Below, piece after piece: positions 43,164-54,092 of a stretch of 64,000 nucleotides of DNA. Made by a program: the position numbers and the translations under genes. Under the pieces are notes generated by a model, which saw only the letters and a program-made list of their open reading frames with translations, made no database searches and had not been told where the DNA came from. The stretch lies in contig OZ219790.1 in the NCBI GenBank assembly GCA_964291215.2, forward strand, positions 960,001-1,024,000. Direction: 5' to 3'. Position 1 is the stretch's first letter; every line of letters starts with the position of its first letter. Source of the DNA: Alphaproteobacteria bacterium. Lineage in GTDB: Bacteria > Pseudomonadota > Alphaproteobacteria > MPNO01 > UBA830.

Positions 43164-43779
43164 GTATCTACTCACCCCTAGTTGGGTTCTGATTGGTCGT
43201 AGTGCTCGTTGATGATGTCTGCGGCTTTTCCGTCGAGGGCGATCTGGGTGGCGACGTGATGATTGTAGCCGAGTGCGGCCATGGAGGTGAGGTAGCTTGA
43301 GCCCCGGCACCATGCTTTTGCGTGGAGCGGAAGCATCCGGACACCTTGACCTTTGCCATCCTGATCTTCTGTTCTCCGGCATTGTTGGTGAAGCTGACGT
43401 CGGGGTTGTCTATGAAGCGCAGGTTTTCGTGTTTCACGAGACGTTCGTGCAGGTTGTGCGCGTTTGCGATGCGTTTTCCTTTCGTCGGGATGTCAGGCAG
43501 TTCCTTGGCGCCCTGAGTGAGGGTGGTGCGGTAGCGCCCGGCCTCGTTCAGGGTCCTGGATGCGCTCTTGTTGACCTTGTGGCAGACCTCGCGGAGCAAG
43601 CTCTTCATCAGTCGCGCGGCAGCCTCGACGACGAAGGTCAGTTCGCGCAGCAGGTGGCTGCCGCACAACTGGTGGCTACACTGCCATGTACGAGGCCCAG
43701 GACGCCCTTGTAGCACGGGCCGATCTCTTGCCCGCGCTTGCGGTGCGGGAACTTGCACGTCCCGACGACATGGAGCCAC
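43164..43779 (-). mobile_element. IS66-family copy 4 (3' half only)
   Basis: Right end GTATCTACTCACCCC; fused without an IS end to the MmeI-like gene. Confidence 0.85.
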
Positions 43780-44524
43780 GCGCCAGGTCTTCGTCGAGCG
43801 TCGCCGCGCGCTCGTCCTCCGGCGTATCGAGCACCTCGAACAGTTGCGCGAGCCATGGCCCGAGATCGGCCCCGTTCTCGCCGGTGCGCGTTTCGATGAA
43901 GTCGAGAAAGATGTCGCGCGGCTCGAACACCCCGGTGTCGTCGGCGAACATGCAGAACACTACCCGCACGAGGAAGCGTTCCAGATCGTGCCCCTGGTGC
44001 CCGGCATCGGCGAGAGCATCGTGCAGCCGCCCGACCAGCTCGGCAGCTTCGATGTTCGCCGGGTCCTGGTCCCGGAACGTCCGGCGCTGCACGCCCAGGA
44101 TGAAGCCGAACGACTCGACATGCGCGGGCAGGTCCGCCAGCGGGAAGACAACGGTCTCCCGCTCGTCGAGATCATGAAGCTCGAAGGTCTGAAAGTCGCT
44201 CACCAGGATGAAGCGCGGGCGCTCGCGGTCCGGCAGCGCTTCGAAATACTCCCCGGCCTGTTCGTACGCCTTGCGGAGATCGCGCCCGGCGCTCTTCTGC
44301 TCGACGAGCAGCACGCCCGGCCAGAACAGGTCGATGAAGCCCGAACGGTTATCCAGCTTCGCGACATGCGCCTCGTAGCGGGCAACGTTACGCCGCCGCA
44401 CACCGAACACATCGAAGAAGGCGTTGTAGAAGCTCTGCGTCTCGCCCTTCTCATAGGCCGCATCGCACCACTCTTCGGCGAAGGCTGCCGCCCGCGCCCG
44501 CACCTCGTTCCACGACAGGCGCAT
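43780..44524 (-). pseudogene. Type IIL (MmeI-like) restriction-modification enzyme, N-terminal part only
   Basis: EKGETQSFYNAFF, GFIDLFWPGVLLVEQKS, FCMFADDTGVF; truncated before the MTase domain. Confidence 0.88.
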
Positions 44525-44561
44525 CAGTCAGACCCGACCGTACCGACGGCGGAAGCCTCGA

Positions 44562-44876
44562 TCATGCGTGCAGCGCACCCGCACGCCGTCCGGCGGCAAC
44601 CCGGTCCCGACGCGCCTGTGCAAGCTCGTAGCTCGCCTGCATCCGCATCCAGTGTTCGGCGGTTCCCCAGCCGATATCCTCCAGCGCCAGCGCCATGTAG
44701 GCCGACACCCCCGCCTTGCCGTTCAGCAAGCGCGACAGCGTTCCGCGCTCGCAGCCGAGCCGAGCCGCCGTCCCGATCACGTTCCAGCCCACATCGTCCA
44801 TGCTCTTGCGGATGAGTTCGCCTAGGTGCGGCGGGTTCAGCATCGGGCCGACGCGGTCTCCTGCAATATCGTTCAT
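44562..44876 (-). CDS. higA: HigA-family antitoxin
   Basis: NPPHLGELI, LSRLLNGKAGVS..MAL, WMRMQASYEL. Confidence 0.9.
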   Translation of the reverse strand: MNDIAGDRVGPMLNPPHLGELIRKSMDDVGWNVIGTAARLGCERGTLSRLLNGKAGVSAYMALALEDIGWGTAEHWMRMQASYELAQARRDRVAAGRRAGALHA

Positions 44877-44893
44877 GGTCACACTCCCTCCGG

Positions 44894-45160
44894 TCAGTGA
44901 TAGTCGATCAGGTCCACGGCCTCGCCGTCCTCGAAGCAGAACACCACGCGCCAGTTGCCCGAAACGCGGACGCTCCACTGGCCTGCACGGTCGCCCTTCA
45001 GAGGATGCAGCCGGAAACCCGGCGCGTCGGCGTCGCGCGGATACGCCGCCTCTTGCAGCCGAAACAGGATGCGCTTCAGCCGTGGTGCGAGCGCGGCGGG
45101 CACCCGTGCTGGATTGTCCCGCTCGTGCAGCGCCCGCAGTCCCTTGTGCCTGATCTTCAT
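44894..45160 (-). CDS. higB: HigB/RelE-family toxin
   Basis: RHKGL, RLHPLKGDRAGQWSVRVSGNWRVVF, DYH. Confidence 0.9.
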   Translation of the reverse strand: MKIRHKGLRALHERDNPARVPAALAPRLKRILFRLQEAAYPRDADAPGFRLHPLKGDRAGQWSVRVSGNWRVVFCFEDGEAVDLIDYH

Positions 45161-45388
45161 GATTTACTATGGCGCGCCACGCTACGCGCCGCAAGCGTCC
45201 GCCGTGTCGCCGCGTTCAGCGACAATGCTGCGGAGCGGTAACGGAAGCGTCCCGGCCCGCACCACCGCCGACGGTACGGGCCGGGCGAATGACGCCGCCG
45301 ATGAACGGGACTTCGCACATTGATCTGTTCCCTCGTGCTTCCTATAGTGCCGCTCGGAAGCTGCGCGGCGGTTCGGAGGACTGTCTCC

Positions 45389-45533
45389 GCAAGTGCGCGG
45401 CGGGCGCTGCCGCTCAAGCGCCGCCCGGGCTGTGAATGCCGATGGCACAACGGCTTGCATCGCCCGACGGGTAGAGCGGTCAGGAAGCACGATTGGAACG
45501 CCCTTCGGCGCGTCGGTTGTCACACCCGACGCA
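45389..45533 (-). repeat. ~140-bp conserved non-coding element, copy 2
   Basis: Diverged homologue of 10891-11030. Confidence 0.75.
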
Positions 45534-45600
45534 GCCGAGATGACGTCAGCCCTTGCCTGCTCCGCGCCACCTTCGAACACCTACCGCAGAGGACAGGAAC

Positions 45601-45852
45601 ATGGCTGAACCGACGGAAATCCAGGGTATCGGCGCGATGTCCTTCGAAGACGCGCTTGCCGAGCTTGAGGAAATCGTCACCGTCCTCGAAAGCGGCTCCG
45701 GCAAACTCGAGGAATCGATTGCAGCTTATGAGCGCGGCGCCCGCCTTAAGGCGCATTGCGAGGCACGGCTGAAGGCAGCGCAGCAGAGGGTCGAGAAAAT
45801 CTCGCTCGGCGCCGACGGCACCGTTTCCACCGAACCCATGAACGATGGGTGA
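45601..45852 (+). CDS. xseB: Exodeoxyribonuclease VII small subunit
   Basis: MSFEDALAELEEIV..LEESIAAYERG..HCEARL. Confidence 0.95.
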   Translation: MAEPTEIQGIGAMSFEDALAELEEIVTVLESGSGKLEESIAAYERGARLKAHCEARLKAAQQRVEKISLGADGTVSTEPMNDG

Positions 45853-45916
45853 CGCCACCGTTTCCGGACCGTCCCGGCGTACTCGAATTTTTTCTGCGCG
45901 GACGAACAGTCTCTGA

Positions 45917-47434
45917 GGGTGGGAGTTTCGTATGGCACAGTTGCAGGCTCAGTTCCATTTGTTCATCTCATGCGGCCAGTGCCGGGGGGTGATTGGGGCT
46001 GATGTTGTCGTTGGCCGGTGCGTCGTCTGCACCGAATCATGGCCGTCCACGCGCTCTCGAAGCGGTCGAGCAGGGCGCGGAAGGTGACTGTCCGCCGACG
46101 ATGCGCCGGCGCATGCCGGAGCGTTTCATGCGCTGTGTGACAAGGGTCTTGTTTGCCGCCTCGACAATTCCCGAGCCGGTTGCTTCAGCGCGTGGTAGCG
46201 CATGCGGTGGCGATGCTTGCGGAAGAAGGCCGGTTCCCTGTCGATGTTGGCGCCGCGGTGTCGCGAAGGTGGCGCAGCGCCCGGATCACCCTGTCGATGC
46301 CGCGGGGGTCGTGACGCAGGATCTCGCGGTACTTCTCGAACCAGTGGGGCAGTGCTGCATGGTCGGCCGCCACGCGCAGATGCTCGCAGGCATGCCAAAA
46401 GTCGATCACCTCGGTTTCGGGCTCGAGACCCCCGAGGAAGGTCCAGTTGTCGGCGGCGGCGACGATGGCGCTGATCTCGGGACGCCTCCGCCTGATATGC
46501 GCGACCTCGCTTGCGAGCTGCGCCTTCAGCGTGCACTTTCGGCCCTCGGGCATGCGGCCAAGACAGACGGTCTTCAGGCGCTCACCGTCGTGGAAGGAGA
46601 CCGTGCCACAGGCCGCCTCTCGCGCCAGCAGGCCTCGGAACGGCCGTCCTCGCCGGCCCGCAGCGCCACCATGACACCGTCCAGCGAGGCGGTGACCGCG
46701 TCCTGCGGGATGTCCTCCGCTTCCCGGATGTCGGGGCCGAGACTTTCCCGGCGCTCCTGCGCATGGTCAGGCGCTGCAAGGTGCTCACAGACGGCGTCAT
46801 GGCGCCGAGCTTGCCGAAGAACGCCTCCGCTGCCGCCCATCATCATCAGCCCAAGCCGCCGGCCGTGTCAGCTAGTCGTCGACGAGGCTTTCGTCCACCG
46901 GCATCAGCGACCGGCAGCGCGCGCCGGTGCGGTAGCGCGCACGCCGAAAGGTCACCGGGCGAGGTCATCATCGTCTTCGGCGCCACACGGAACCATCTCT
47001 GCCCGTCCCGCTCGATCCGGGGCGCACCGTCGTCCCGGGCCTCGGCACCCGGGATCTCGCAGCGCGTACACGCTCTCACGCACCCGTCGCTCCGTTTCCT
47101 CAAAGGCCTCGGCAGAGCGCTGCGAACCGAGTTGCTGATGACAAACTGCGGTTATCTGCGTGACCGCCTCGACAACCCGAGGCGGCAAGCCGGAAATATC
47201 GATCGACGCGGAAGGCTGCGAAACTGACATGCGAGCGCTCCTGATGCTGTGGATTGTCACCGATATCATCTCGCATCTTGCGGTGCAGAGCGTTCCCACC
47301 TCCACCGCTCGGCCCGTGACAAAATCCTGTCCTGAAACGGGCGATCGTCACGAAAATCCGTTTTCGCCGCTGCCTTGCAACCACACAACCGTGTTAAGTC
47401 AATGACTTGCATTCGCCATATGAAAACTGCCCCC
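45917..47434 (-). mobile_element. ISKra4-family IS, degenerate copy B
   Basis: Homologous to 2228-3735; flanks GTCTCTGA / GTATCTGA (8-bp TSD, 1 mismatch). Confidence 0.88.
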
Positions 47435-47662
47435 GTATCTGACGCCCGATTCGCGCCCCGTCAGCAAAAGCGCCTGCACGATGATCCAGATCCCTGCGAA
47501 CGGTCCGTCGCCGCCCGCATCACGGTCTTTGAGTGAGACCGGATTGACCGTCCGGTCGACCGCCCGCAAGATGACCCACCCGAGCGACAACCATCCAGGC
47601 CCGACCAGGGTGCCCGCAGGGCATCTGCGCCGCCAGCCATGCGGGCGCCGGGAACAGCAGCC

Positions 47663-48400
47663 GTGAAGCGAAAGCCCGATGCTCTGCTCGTAGAGCGCGG
47701 ACTGGCGCAAGATTTGCGCGAAGCCCGCGCCCTCATTTTAGCCGGACGGATCTATTCGGGCACACGCCGGGTCAACAAGCCGGGCATTGCGATCGACGGG
47801 GACGCCGAACTCGAGGTTCGGCACAACACCCATCCATGGGTATCCCGGGGCGGCGTCAAGCTCGATCACGGTCTCGCAAGATTCAGAATCGAGGTCGCCG
47901 GCGCAACCGCCCTCGACATCGGTACCTCAACCGGCGGATTTACCCATGTCCTGCTCGAACGCGGCGCGAGGCTCGTCTACGCCGTGGATGTCGGCTACGG
48001 CCAGCTGCACTGGTCGCTCCGCACCGATTCCCGGGTCGCGGTGCTCGACCGAACCAATGCCCGGTACCTGAACGGAGACCAGATTTCGGAACCGGTCGAC
48101 ATCGTCGTGTGCGACGCGAGCTTCATCGGCCTGACGACGGTCCTGCCGGCAGCCCTCGCCCTGACCGCGCAGGGCGCCCGGCTCTGCGCGCTGATCAAAC
48201 CACAGTTCGAAGTTGACCGGGCAGATGTCGCCAAAGGTGGAATCGTCGCGGATTCGGCCCTTCACGAAGAGGTCTGCGCGCGAATCGGTTCGTGGATCTC
48301 GGCCCAGCCCGGCTGGTGCCTCCTCGGCATCGAGCAGAGCCCGGTCACGGGCAGTGCCGGCAACACCGAATTTCTCATGGGCGCGGCAAAGGACGGCTGA
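47663..48400 (+). CDS. tlyA: TlyA-family rRNA methyltransferase
   Basis: WVSRGGVKL, LDIGTSTGGFT, VDVGYGQL, LIKPQFE. Confidence 0.93.
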   Translation: MKRKPDALLVERGLAQDLREARALILAGRIYSGTRRVNKPGIAIDGDAELEVRHNTHPWVSRGGVKLDHGLARFRIEVAGATALDIGTSTGGFTHVLLERGARLVYAVDVGYGQLHWSLRTDSRVAVLDRTNARYLNGDQISEPVDIVVCDASFIGLTTVLPAALALTAQGARLCALIKPQFEVDRADVAKGGIVADSALHEEVCARIGSWISAQPGWCLLGIEQSPVTGSAGNTEFLMGAAKDG

Positions 48401-48421
48401 GCCGCCCGTCGCGGCGGCACG

Positions 48422-49492
48422 CTATCCGCACTGTGCGCGGTGGCGGAGCAGGTGATCAGCGAGCACGCAAGCCACCATCGCCTCGCCGACCGGCACCCCG
48501 CGAATGCCGACACAGGGATCATGCCGTCCCCGGGTGGCGATGTCCGCATCCCGACCGCGGGTCGTCACGGTGCGCCGCTGAGTGGTGATCGAACTTGTCG
48601 GCTTAACAACAAACCGGACCACAATGTCCTGGCCGGTGGAGATGCCGCCGAGAATCCCGCCGGCTTGGTTGGAAAGAAACCCGACCTCTCCGTCCTGCAT
48701 CCGCATCTCGTCGGCGTTCTCCTCGCCTGTCAGCGCGGCCGCGCCGAACCCAGCACCGATCTCGACGCCCTTGACCGCGTTGATGCCCATGAGCGCGCCC
48801 GCCAGGTCACTGTCGAGCTTGCCGTAGACAGGCGCACCGAGCCCCACGGGAACACCGGAGGCAACGATCTCAATGACCGCACCGATGGAGCTTCCTTCCC
48901 TGCGCACCTCGTCAAGATAGGACTCCCACACTTTCGCGGTCCGCGAATCGGGGCACCAGAACGGGTTACGGCCGGTCTCGGCCCAACTCCAGCGCGACCG
49001 GTCGACAGCAAGCTCACCCATCTGGACCATGGCGCCGCGTATGCGAACGCGGCGCCCGAGTATCTTGCGCGCAATGCCGCCTGCGGCGACCCGACACGCG
49101 GTTTCGCGGGCAGAAGCCCGCCCGCCGCCCCGGTAGTCGCGGAGCCCGTACTTCGTCCAGTAAGTGTAGTCCGCGTGTCCGGGACGGAACAGGTCCTTGA
49201 TAGCCGAGTAGTCGCGCGAACGCGCGTCCTGGTTTCGGATCATCAGGCTGACGGGCGTTCCCGTGGTCCGTCCATCGAAGACGCCAGAGAGGATCTCGAC
49301 CTGATCGGGCTCGCGGCGCTGGGTAACGAAACGCGAACTTCCGGGTTTGCGGCGATCGAGCCATGTCTGGATGTCCGGCTCCGAAAGCCGCAGCCCGGGC
49401 GGCACACCGTCGACCACGCATCCGATTGCCGGGCCGTGGCTCTCGCCCCAGGTCGTCAAGCGAAAGACATGGCCGAAGCTGTTGTGGGACAT
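48422..49492 (-). CDS. aroC: Chorismate synthase
   Basis: [29 protein letters not shown]. Confidence 0.97.
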   Translation of the reverse strand: MSHNSFGHVFRLTTWGESHGPAIGCVVDGVPPGLRLSEPDIQTWLDRRKPGSSRFVTQRREPDQVEILSGVFDGRTTGTPVSLMIRNQDARSRDYSAIKDLFRPGHADYTYWTKYGLRDYRGGGRASARETACRVAAGGIARKILGRRVRIRGAMVQMGELAVDRSRWSWAETGRNPFWCPDSRTAKVWESYLDEVRREGSSIGAVIEIVASGVPVGLGAPVYGKLDSDLAGALMGINAVKGVEIGAGFGAAALTGEENADEMRMQDGEVGFLSNQAGGILGGISTGQDIVVRFVVKPTSSITTQRRTVTTRGRDADIATRGRHDPCVGIRGVPVGEAMVACVLADHLLRHRAQCG

Positions 49493-49496
49493 GCGG

Positions 49497-50309
49497 CTAG
49501 ACGACGGAAATGTCGGGCGCGTCGACAGCCTTCATGCCGACAACATGGTAGCCGCTGTCGACGTGATGCACCTCACCCGTCACTCCGGCCGCCAGGTCCG
49601 AGAGCAGATAGGTGGCCGCGCCGCCGACATCGTCGATCGTCGTATTGCGCTTCAAGGGCGAGTTATAGGCATTCCACTTGAGAATGTAACGGAAATCGCC
49701 GATTCCGGAAGCTGCGAGGGTCTTGATCGGGCCGGCAGAGATCGCATTCACGCGAATGCCGTCTCCGCCGAGATCGGCGGCGATATATCTGACGCTGGCT
49801 TCGAGCGCGGCCTTGGCAAGACCCATGACATTGTAGTGCGGCATCACCCGCTCGGCACCGTGATAGGTCATGGTCAGCAGGCTGCCGCCATCCGTCATCA
49901 GCGGCGCGGCGCGGTGGCAGATTGCCGTAAACGAATAGCAAGAAACGTTCATCGTCAGGCTGAAGTTCTCGAGGCTCGTATCGACGTACCGCCCCTTCAG
50001 CTCGTCCTTGTCCGCAAAGGCAATGGCATGTACGAGGAAGTCGAGCCTCCCCCAGTCCGAACGGATCCTTTGGAACACGGCGTCCATGCTCGCCGCGTCT
50101 GTCACGTCACAGGACAGCACCAGCTCCGAGCTCACGGATGCAGCCAGCGGGCGCACCCGCTTCTCGACGGCCTCTCCCTGATAGGTAAAAGCCAGAGTCG
50201 CGCCATGTTCGGCGAGCGTCCGACTGATTCCCCAGGCGATCGAACGTTCGTTCGCGACGCCCATGATCAGGCCGCGCTTGCCCTGCATCAGACCATGTGC
50301 GTCCGCCAT
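49497..50309 (-). CDS. fabI: Enoyl-ACP reductase
   Basis: [31 protein letters not shown]. Confidence 0.96.
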   Translation of the reverse strand: MADAHGLMQGKRGLIMGVANERSIAWGISRTLAEHGATLAFTYQGEAVEKRVRPLAASVSSELVLSCDVTDAASMDAVFQRIRSDWGRLDFLVHAIAFADKDELKGRYVDTSLENFSLTMNVSCYSFTAICHRAAPLMTDGGSLLTMTYHGAERVMPHYNVMGLAKAALEASVRYIAADLGGDGIRVNAISAGPIKTLAASGIGDFRYILKWNAYNSPLKRNTTIDDVGGAATYLLSDLAAGVTGEVHHVDSGYHVVGMKAVDAPDISVV

Positions 50310-50558
50310 TTCGTTCCCGATATTCCCAGAATTCGGAGTGACGACGATCGCGCACCCCCAGATTCCGGCATCCTACAGGATACGACCCAGTCGTCAAGCC
50401 GAGACGGTTGCCGGCAATGAGCGATCTGCTGCCGCAATCCGCCGTTTTTCCGTCCTGCAAAAGGCCGCCGACGCGCTTCCGATGGTGCTCCCGGACCAAA
50501 TCGCGGCAAGCCCGAACCTCCCCCACCGGAGCGATCCGGCCCGACAGCCCGGTCCTGC

Positions 50559-51581
50559 CTATACGCAGAGAGCCCGGTGGATGCGGAGAAGTTCGGGAAT
50601 GGTGGCGGGATCGCGCCGGCCGAAACCGCACTCGGTCGCGATATCGTAGGAGTCCACGAACCTATCGGCCGTCGCCATCCGGACGCGACTGCCCTCCACA
50701 CCGTCCGTGTAATGCACCAGGCCGAGGATAAGCCGGGTTTCTGCCGCCAAGCCGAGATTCGCAAGCGGCGCGAAATACGCGTCGTCAGCACGGCCGCGGG
50801 GCACCGGCATGTGGATGAAATCCACCCGCCGCGGCACACGCTCGACAATAGCGTTGGCGAAAGCGACCGACGTTCCCAGATCCTCGGGCTCGATCAGATG
50901 CTTGTGGCCGGGATCGCCGTAGCACAGGTGAATGCCGAACTCGGCCTCGTCGTCGACCAGCTGCGCAAGCCGCGCGATGCGCTCTATCGCGCCCTCTACG
51001 GGATCGTCATAGGGCAACTGTACGCCGCCGTCCGCGCCGACCACCTCCAGGCAGACATCGAGCTGGAGGCTCAGCCTCTCGGCAGGAATGCCCATGCGGA
51101 TCTTCTCGAGATCGCGCGCAAGGGCCGCCTCCACAGCCGGTTCCAAAAGCAGTTGTTCGTCCGCTTTGGCGTAAGAGAAGACCAGCGCCATCGGCGTCGG
51201 CACCGCGACCATGAAACGGCAGTCACCGCCGATGCTGCCTTTGCGCTGAAGCCGCGAAAACAGGGCAAACGATTCGAGTGCCACGTCGCCGTAGCCAAGT
51301 TCCCCGAGATCGATATCTTCGGGCGTAACGCCTACCGCGATCCCGAAGACCGGACGATCGACGCCGTCTCCGAATCGGGCATGATCGAGCCTGCCGACCA
51401 GTTCGAGCGCGCCGCACCGGGCGAACGTGGCGCGCTGCCAGCGAATCCAGTTGCTCCGCTCCCCGGTTTCGCCGTCCGGAATGCGCGGACACAGGTCGCC
51501 CAGACTGTCCGAAACCGTGGCAAACACGGTCTCGGCATCCGCGAGACTGACGCTTCCGACAAGATGCACCCGATGCTGCAC
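50559..51581 (-). CDS. MetE-C-terminal-like (cobalamin-independent methionine synthase-like) protein
   Basis: HLVGSV, PDGETGER, HLCYGD, ATECGFGR. Confidence 0.7.
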   Translation of the reverse strand: MQHRVHLVGSVSLADAETVFATVSDSLGDLCPRIPDGETGERSNWIRWQRATFARCGALELVGRLDHARFGDGVDRPVFGIAVGVTPEDIDLGELGYGDVALESFALFSRLQRKGSIGGDCRFMVAVPTPMALVFSYAKADEQLLLEPAVEAALARDLEKIRMGIPAERLSLQLDVCLEVVGADGGVQLPYDDPVEGAIERIARLAQLVDDEAEFGIHLCYGDPGHKHLIEPEDLGTSVAFANAIVERVPRRVDFIHMPVPRGRADDAYFAPLANLGLAAETRLILGLVHYTDGVEGSRVRMATADRFVDSYDIATECGFGRRDPATIPELLRIHRALCV

Positions 51582-51611
51582 CGGTCAGGTGTTCCGCAGC
51601 ACCATCCAGTC

Positions 51612-52082
51612 TCAGCCGACAATCTTCCACGTACCGTCCGGCTGGCGGCAGGCCGTACCATAGGCGCTCTCGGTCTGGCCGCCGATGGTGACCGTCTGCT
51701 GGTATTCGCGGCAATATCGTCCGGCCTGATTCTTGTAGGCCGGGCGGGCCGTGATCGTGCCGCTATTCCCGCTGTCCGGATTGCTCCAAGTCGATACCTG
51801 GCCACTCTTCGATTTCTCGAGCGCAGTCTGCGTCGTCCGTCGCATCGCCATGCGGTCGATATTGTCAAGTGATTTTCCGATCTCGCTGCCGACTATCGCG
51901 CCGGCAACGGCGCCGACAGCGGTCGCCGCCAACCTGCCCTTGCCCTTGCCGACGTTCGAGCCAAGCACGCCGCCGGCCACGGTGCCGAGAATGGCGCCGC
52001 CCGTCTGTTTCGGATTCTGGCATCCTGACAGCAGCAGGCCTGACACCACGAGGCATGGAATGAGGATCCTGAACGGTTTCAT
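51612..52082 (-). CDS. Glycine-zipper lipoprotein (Rickettsia 17-kDa antigen-like)
   Basis: Lipobox LSGC; WSNPDSGNSG; CREYQQ; ACRQPDGTW. Confidence 0.9.
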   Translation of the reverse strand: MKPFRILIPCLVVSGLLLSGCQNPKQTGGAILGTVAGGVLGSNVGKGKGRLAATAVGAVAGAIVGSEIGKSLDNIDRMAMRRTTQTALEKSKSGQVSTWSNPDSGNSGTITARPAYKNQAGRYCREYQQTVTIGGQTESAYGTACRQPDGTWKIVG

Positions 52083-52289
52083 GAGAGGTCGTCTCCTTCT
52101 TCGCCTGCCGGTCGAGGCGGCAGGCACAGTACCGTTGTCCGAACCCGGACCGGTCCGGCGGACCTTGCCCGGGAATGGGAATATAATTACATCAGGAAAC
52201 GCAGATGTCACCCTGATTTTCATGACACAGGGGTGGTGGTGCGTACGGACAACCCTTGACTGCACGCGCGGCGATACCCGGAGCGGGAG

Positions 52290-52883
52290 ATGACGGAGAA
52301 GCCTGTCGACAATCCCATCGACACGTTCCTCTCGTGGCTCGACGATGCCCGGCAATCGGAACCTGACGTGCACACGGCCATGACGCTCGCCACCGCCGAC
52401 AGGAGCGGCCGACCGTCGGCCCGCATGGTGCTGCTCAAGGAAGCCGACGCCCGGGGTTTCGTCTTCTACACCAATGCCGAGAGCCGCAAGGGTGAGGATC
52501 TCGCCGCCAACCCCCACGCGTCGCTCGTGTTTCACTGGAAATCCCTCAAACGCCAGGTGCGCATTGACGGCACGGTCGAACAGGTGACGGATGAGGAAGC
52601 CGACACCTACTTCGCGACACGTCCGCGCGGTAGCCAGATCGCGGCCTGGGCGTCGGACCAGTCCCGTCCAATCACGTCGCGTCTTGAACTGGAACGGAGA
52701 ATGGTGAGCTATACGGCGCGTTTCGGCGCCGGCGCCGTTCCGCGCCCGCCGCACTGGACCGGATACCGGGTCGTCCCTTCCCGCATCGAATTCTGGCAGA
52801 ACCGCGCCTTCCGGCTGCATGAACGGACCGTCTACACGCTCGCCGACGGCGGTCGCTGGCAAGTCGAGCACCTCTTTCCTTAG
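52290..52883 (+). CDS. pdxH: Pyridoxamine 5'-phosphate oxidase
   Basis: RMVLLK, FYTNAESRKG, ASDQS, EFWQ..FRLH. Confidence 0.96.
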   Translation: MTEKPVDNPIDTFLSWLDDARQSEPDVHTAMTLATADRSGRPSARMVLLKEADARGFVFYTNAESRKGEDLAANPHASLVFHWKSLKRQVRIDGTVEQVTDEEADTYFATRPRGSQIAAWASDQSRPITSRLELERRMVSYTARFGAGAVPRPPHWTGYRVVPSRIEFWQNRAFRLHERTVYTLADGGRWQVEHLFP

Positions 52884-52898
52884 CGTCGGCCGCCGCAC

Positions 52899-53091
52899 CA
52901 CGATGATCCCACGCTGCTAATTCGGCGACGACTGGCGAGATTTTTACAGTTTGCGTCGCGCTGCAATCGTGCCGCCAAGGCTCAATGGGACCTTCTCGGC
53001 ACAAAAATTGCGATCAAGGAGGCGATCTGTGATAACGCGAGCCCCAACGCATTCGGATTTCGCGTCTCCGAATTAGCATGGGATCGTCGTG
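52899..53091 (+). mobile_element. MITE copy 3
   Basis: IRs CACGATGATCCCA..TGCTAATTCGG / CCGAATTAGCATGGGATCGTCGTG. Confidence 0.88.
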
Positions 53092-53183
53092 GCACGGACG
53101 GCGCTTGCATCGACAGTCGATCGGCACCATTCTTCGTGCAGTCCGGTCGGCGTTACGTGGACGCCTACACGCAGGAGGCCACC

Positions 53184-54050
53184 ATGAGCTTCAAGACAAT
53201 ACTTGTTCCGCTGAGCGCGTCCGATGCCAGCGAGTCGGCATTGCAGACGGCGCTCCTCGTGGCGCAGCGATCACAGGCGCATATCGAGGCGATACATGTG
53301 CGGCCAGATCCCCGCGGCCTCATTCCCTATACCGGCGAGGGCATGGATGGCTCCATGATCGAGGAGATCATGGAAGCGACAGAGAGCGAAGGAACGCAAC
53401 GCGCCAGCCAGACGCGCGAGATGTTCGAATCGTTCTGCAGCGAACATTCCCTGAGAATGTCGAACACGCCACGAGCAGATGCCGGACTGACGGTATCCTG
53501 GCGCGAGGACTCCGGCCGCGAAGACGAGGTGATCGCGATGCGTGGCCGCCTGTACGACCTGATCATCGTCGGTCGGCCAATGGCCGCAACGCCGCTGCCC
53601 TCGCCCATAACCCTCGAGTCCGCGCTGCATGACAGCGGCCGTCCGATCCTCGTCGCGCCGCCCGATCCGCCGGAACATGTGGGCGATCATATCGCCATTG
53701 CCTGGGAGGCCAGCCCGGAAGCGGCGCGGACGATCGCGGTTTCCATCCAGGCCCTCGCCCAGGCCTCCAAGGTCACGGTGCTTTCGGCCAATCTTTCGCC
53801 GCCGCTTCCCCTGAAGGCCGAAGAGCTGGTCGACCGTCTCAAATGGCACGGCGTGGAGGCGGAAGTGTGGCCGTTCGATTCTGCGGTTACGGAACTCGGC
53901 GCGTCATATCTCAGGGAGGCGGCCGCCACCGGCGCCGACATGCTCGTCAAGGGCGCGTACTCTCAGAGCAGGCTGCGCCAGATGGTGCTCGGCGGCCGCA
54001 CCAGACATATTCTCAACCACGCGACCATTCCGGTTCTGCTGGCAAAGTAG
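53184..54050 (+). CDS. Universal stress protein (tandem Usp)
   Basis: KTILVPL, SGRPILV, GAYSQSRLRQMVLGG. Confidence 0.9.
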   Translation: MSFKTILVPLSASDASESALQTALLVAQRSQAHIEAIHVRPDPRGLIPYTGEGMDGSMIEEIMEATESEGTQRASQTREMFESFCSEHSLRMSNTPRADAGLTVSWREDSGREDEVIAMRGRLYDLIIVGRPMAATPLPSPITLESALHDSGRPILVAPPDPPEHVGDHIAIAWEASPEAARTIAVSIQALAQASKVTVLSANLSPPLPLKAEELVDRLKWHGVEAEVWPFDSAVTELGASYLREAAATGADMLVKGAYSQSRLRQMVLGGRTRHILNHATIPVLLAK

Positions 54051-54092
54051 CCGGCGGACCCGGCTCTTCCGGACGGCCCGCGCGACCGCTGG

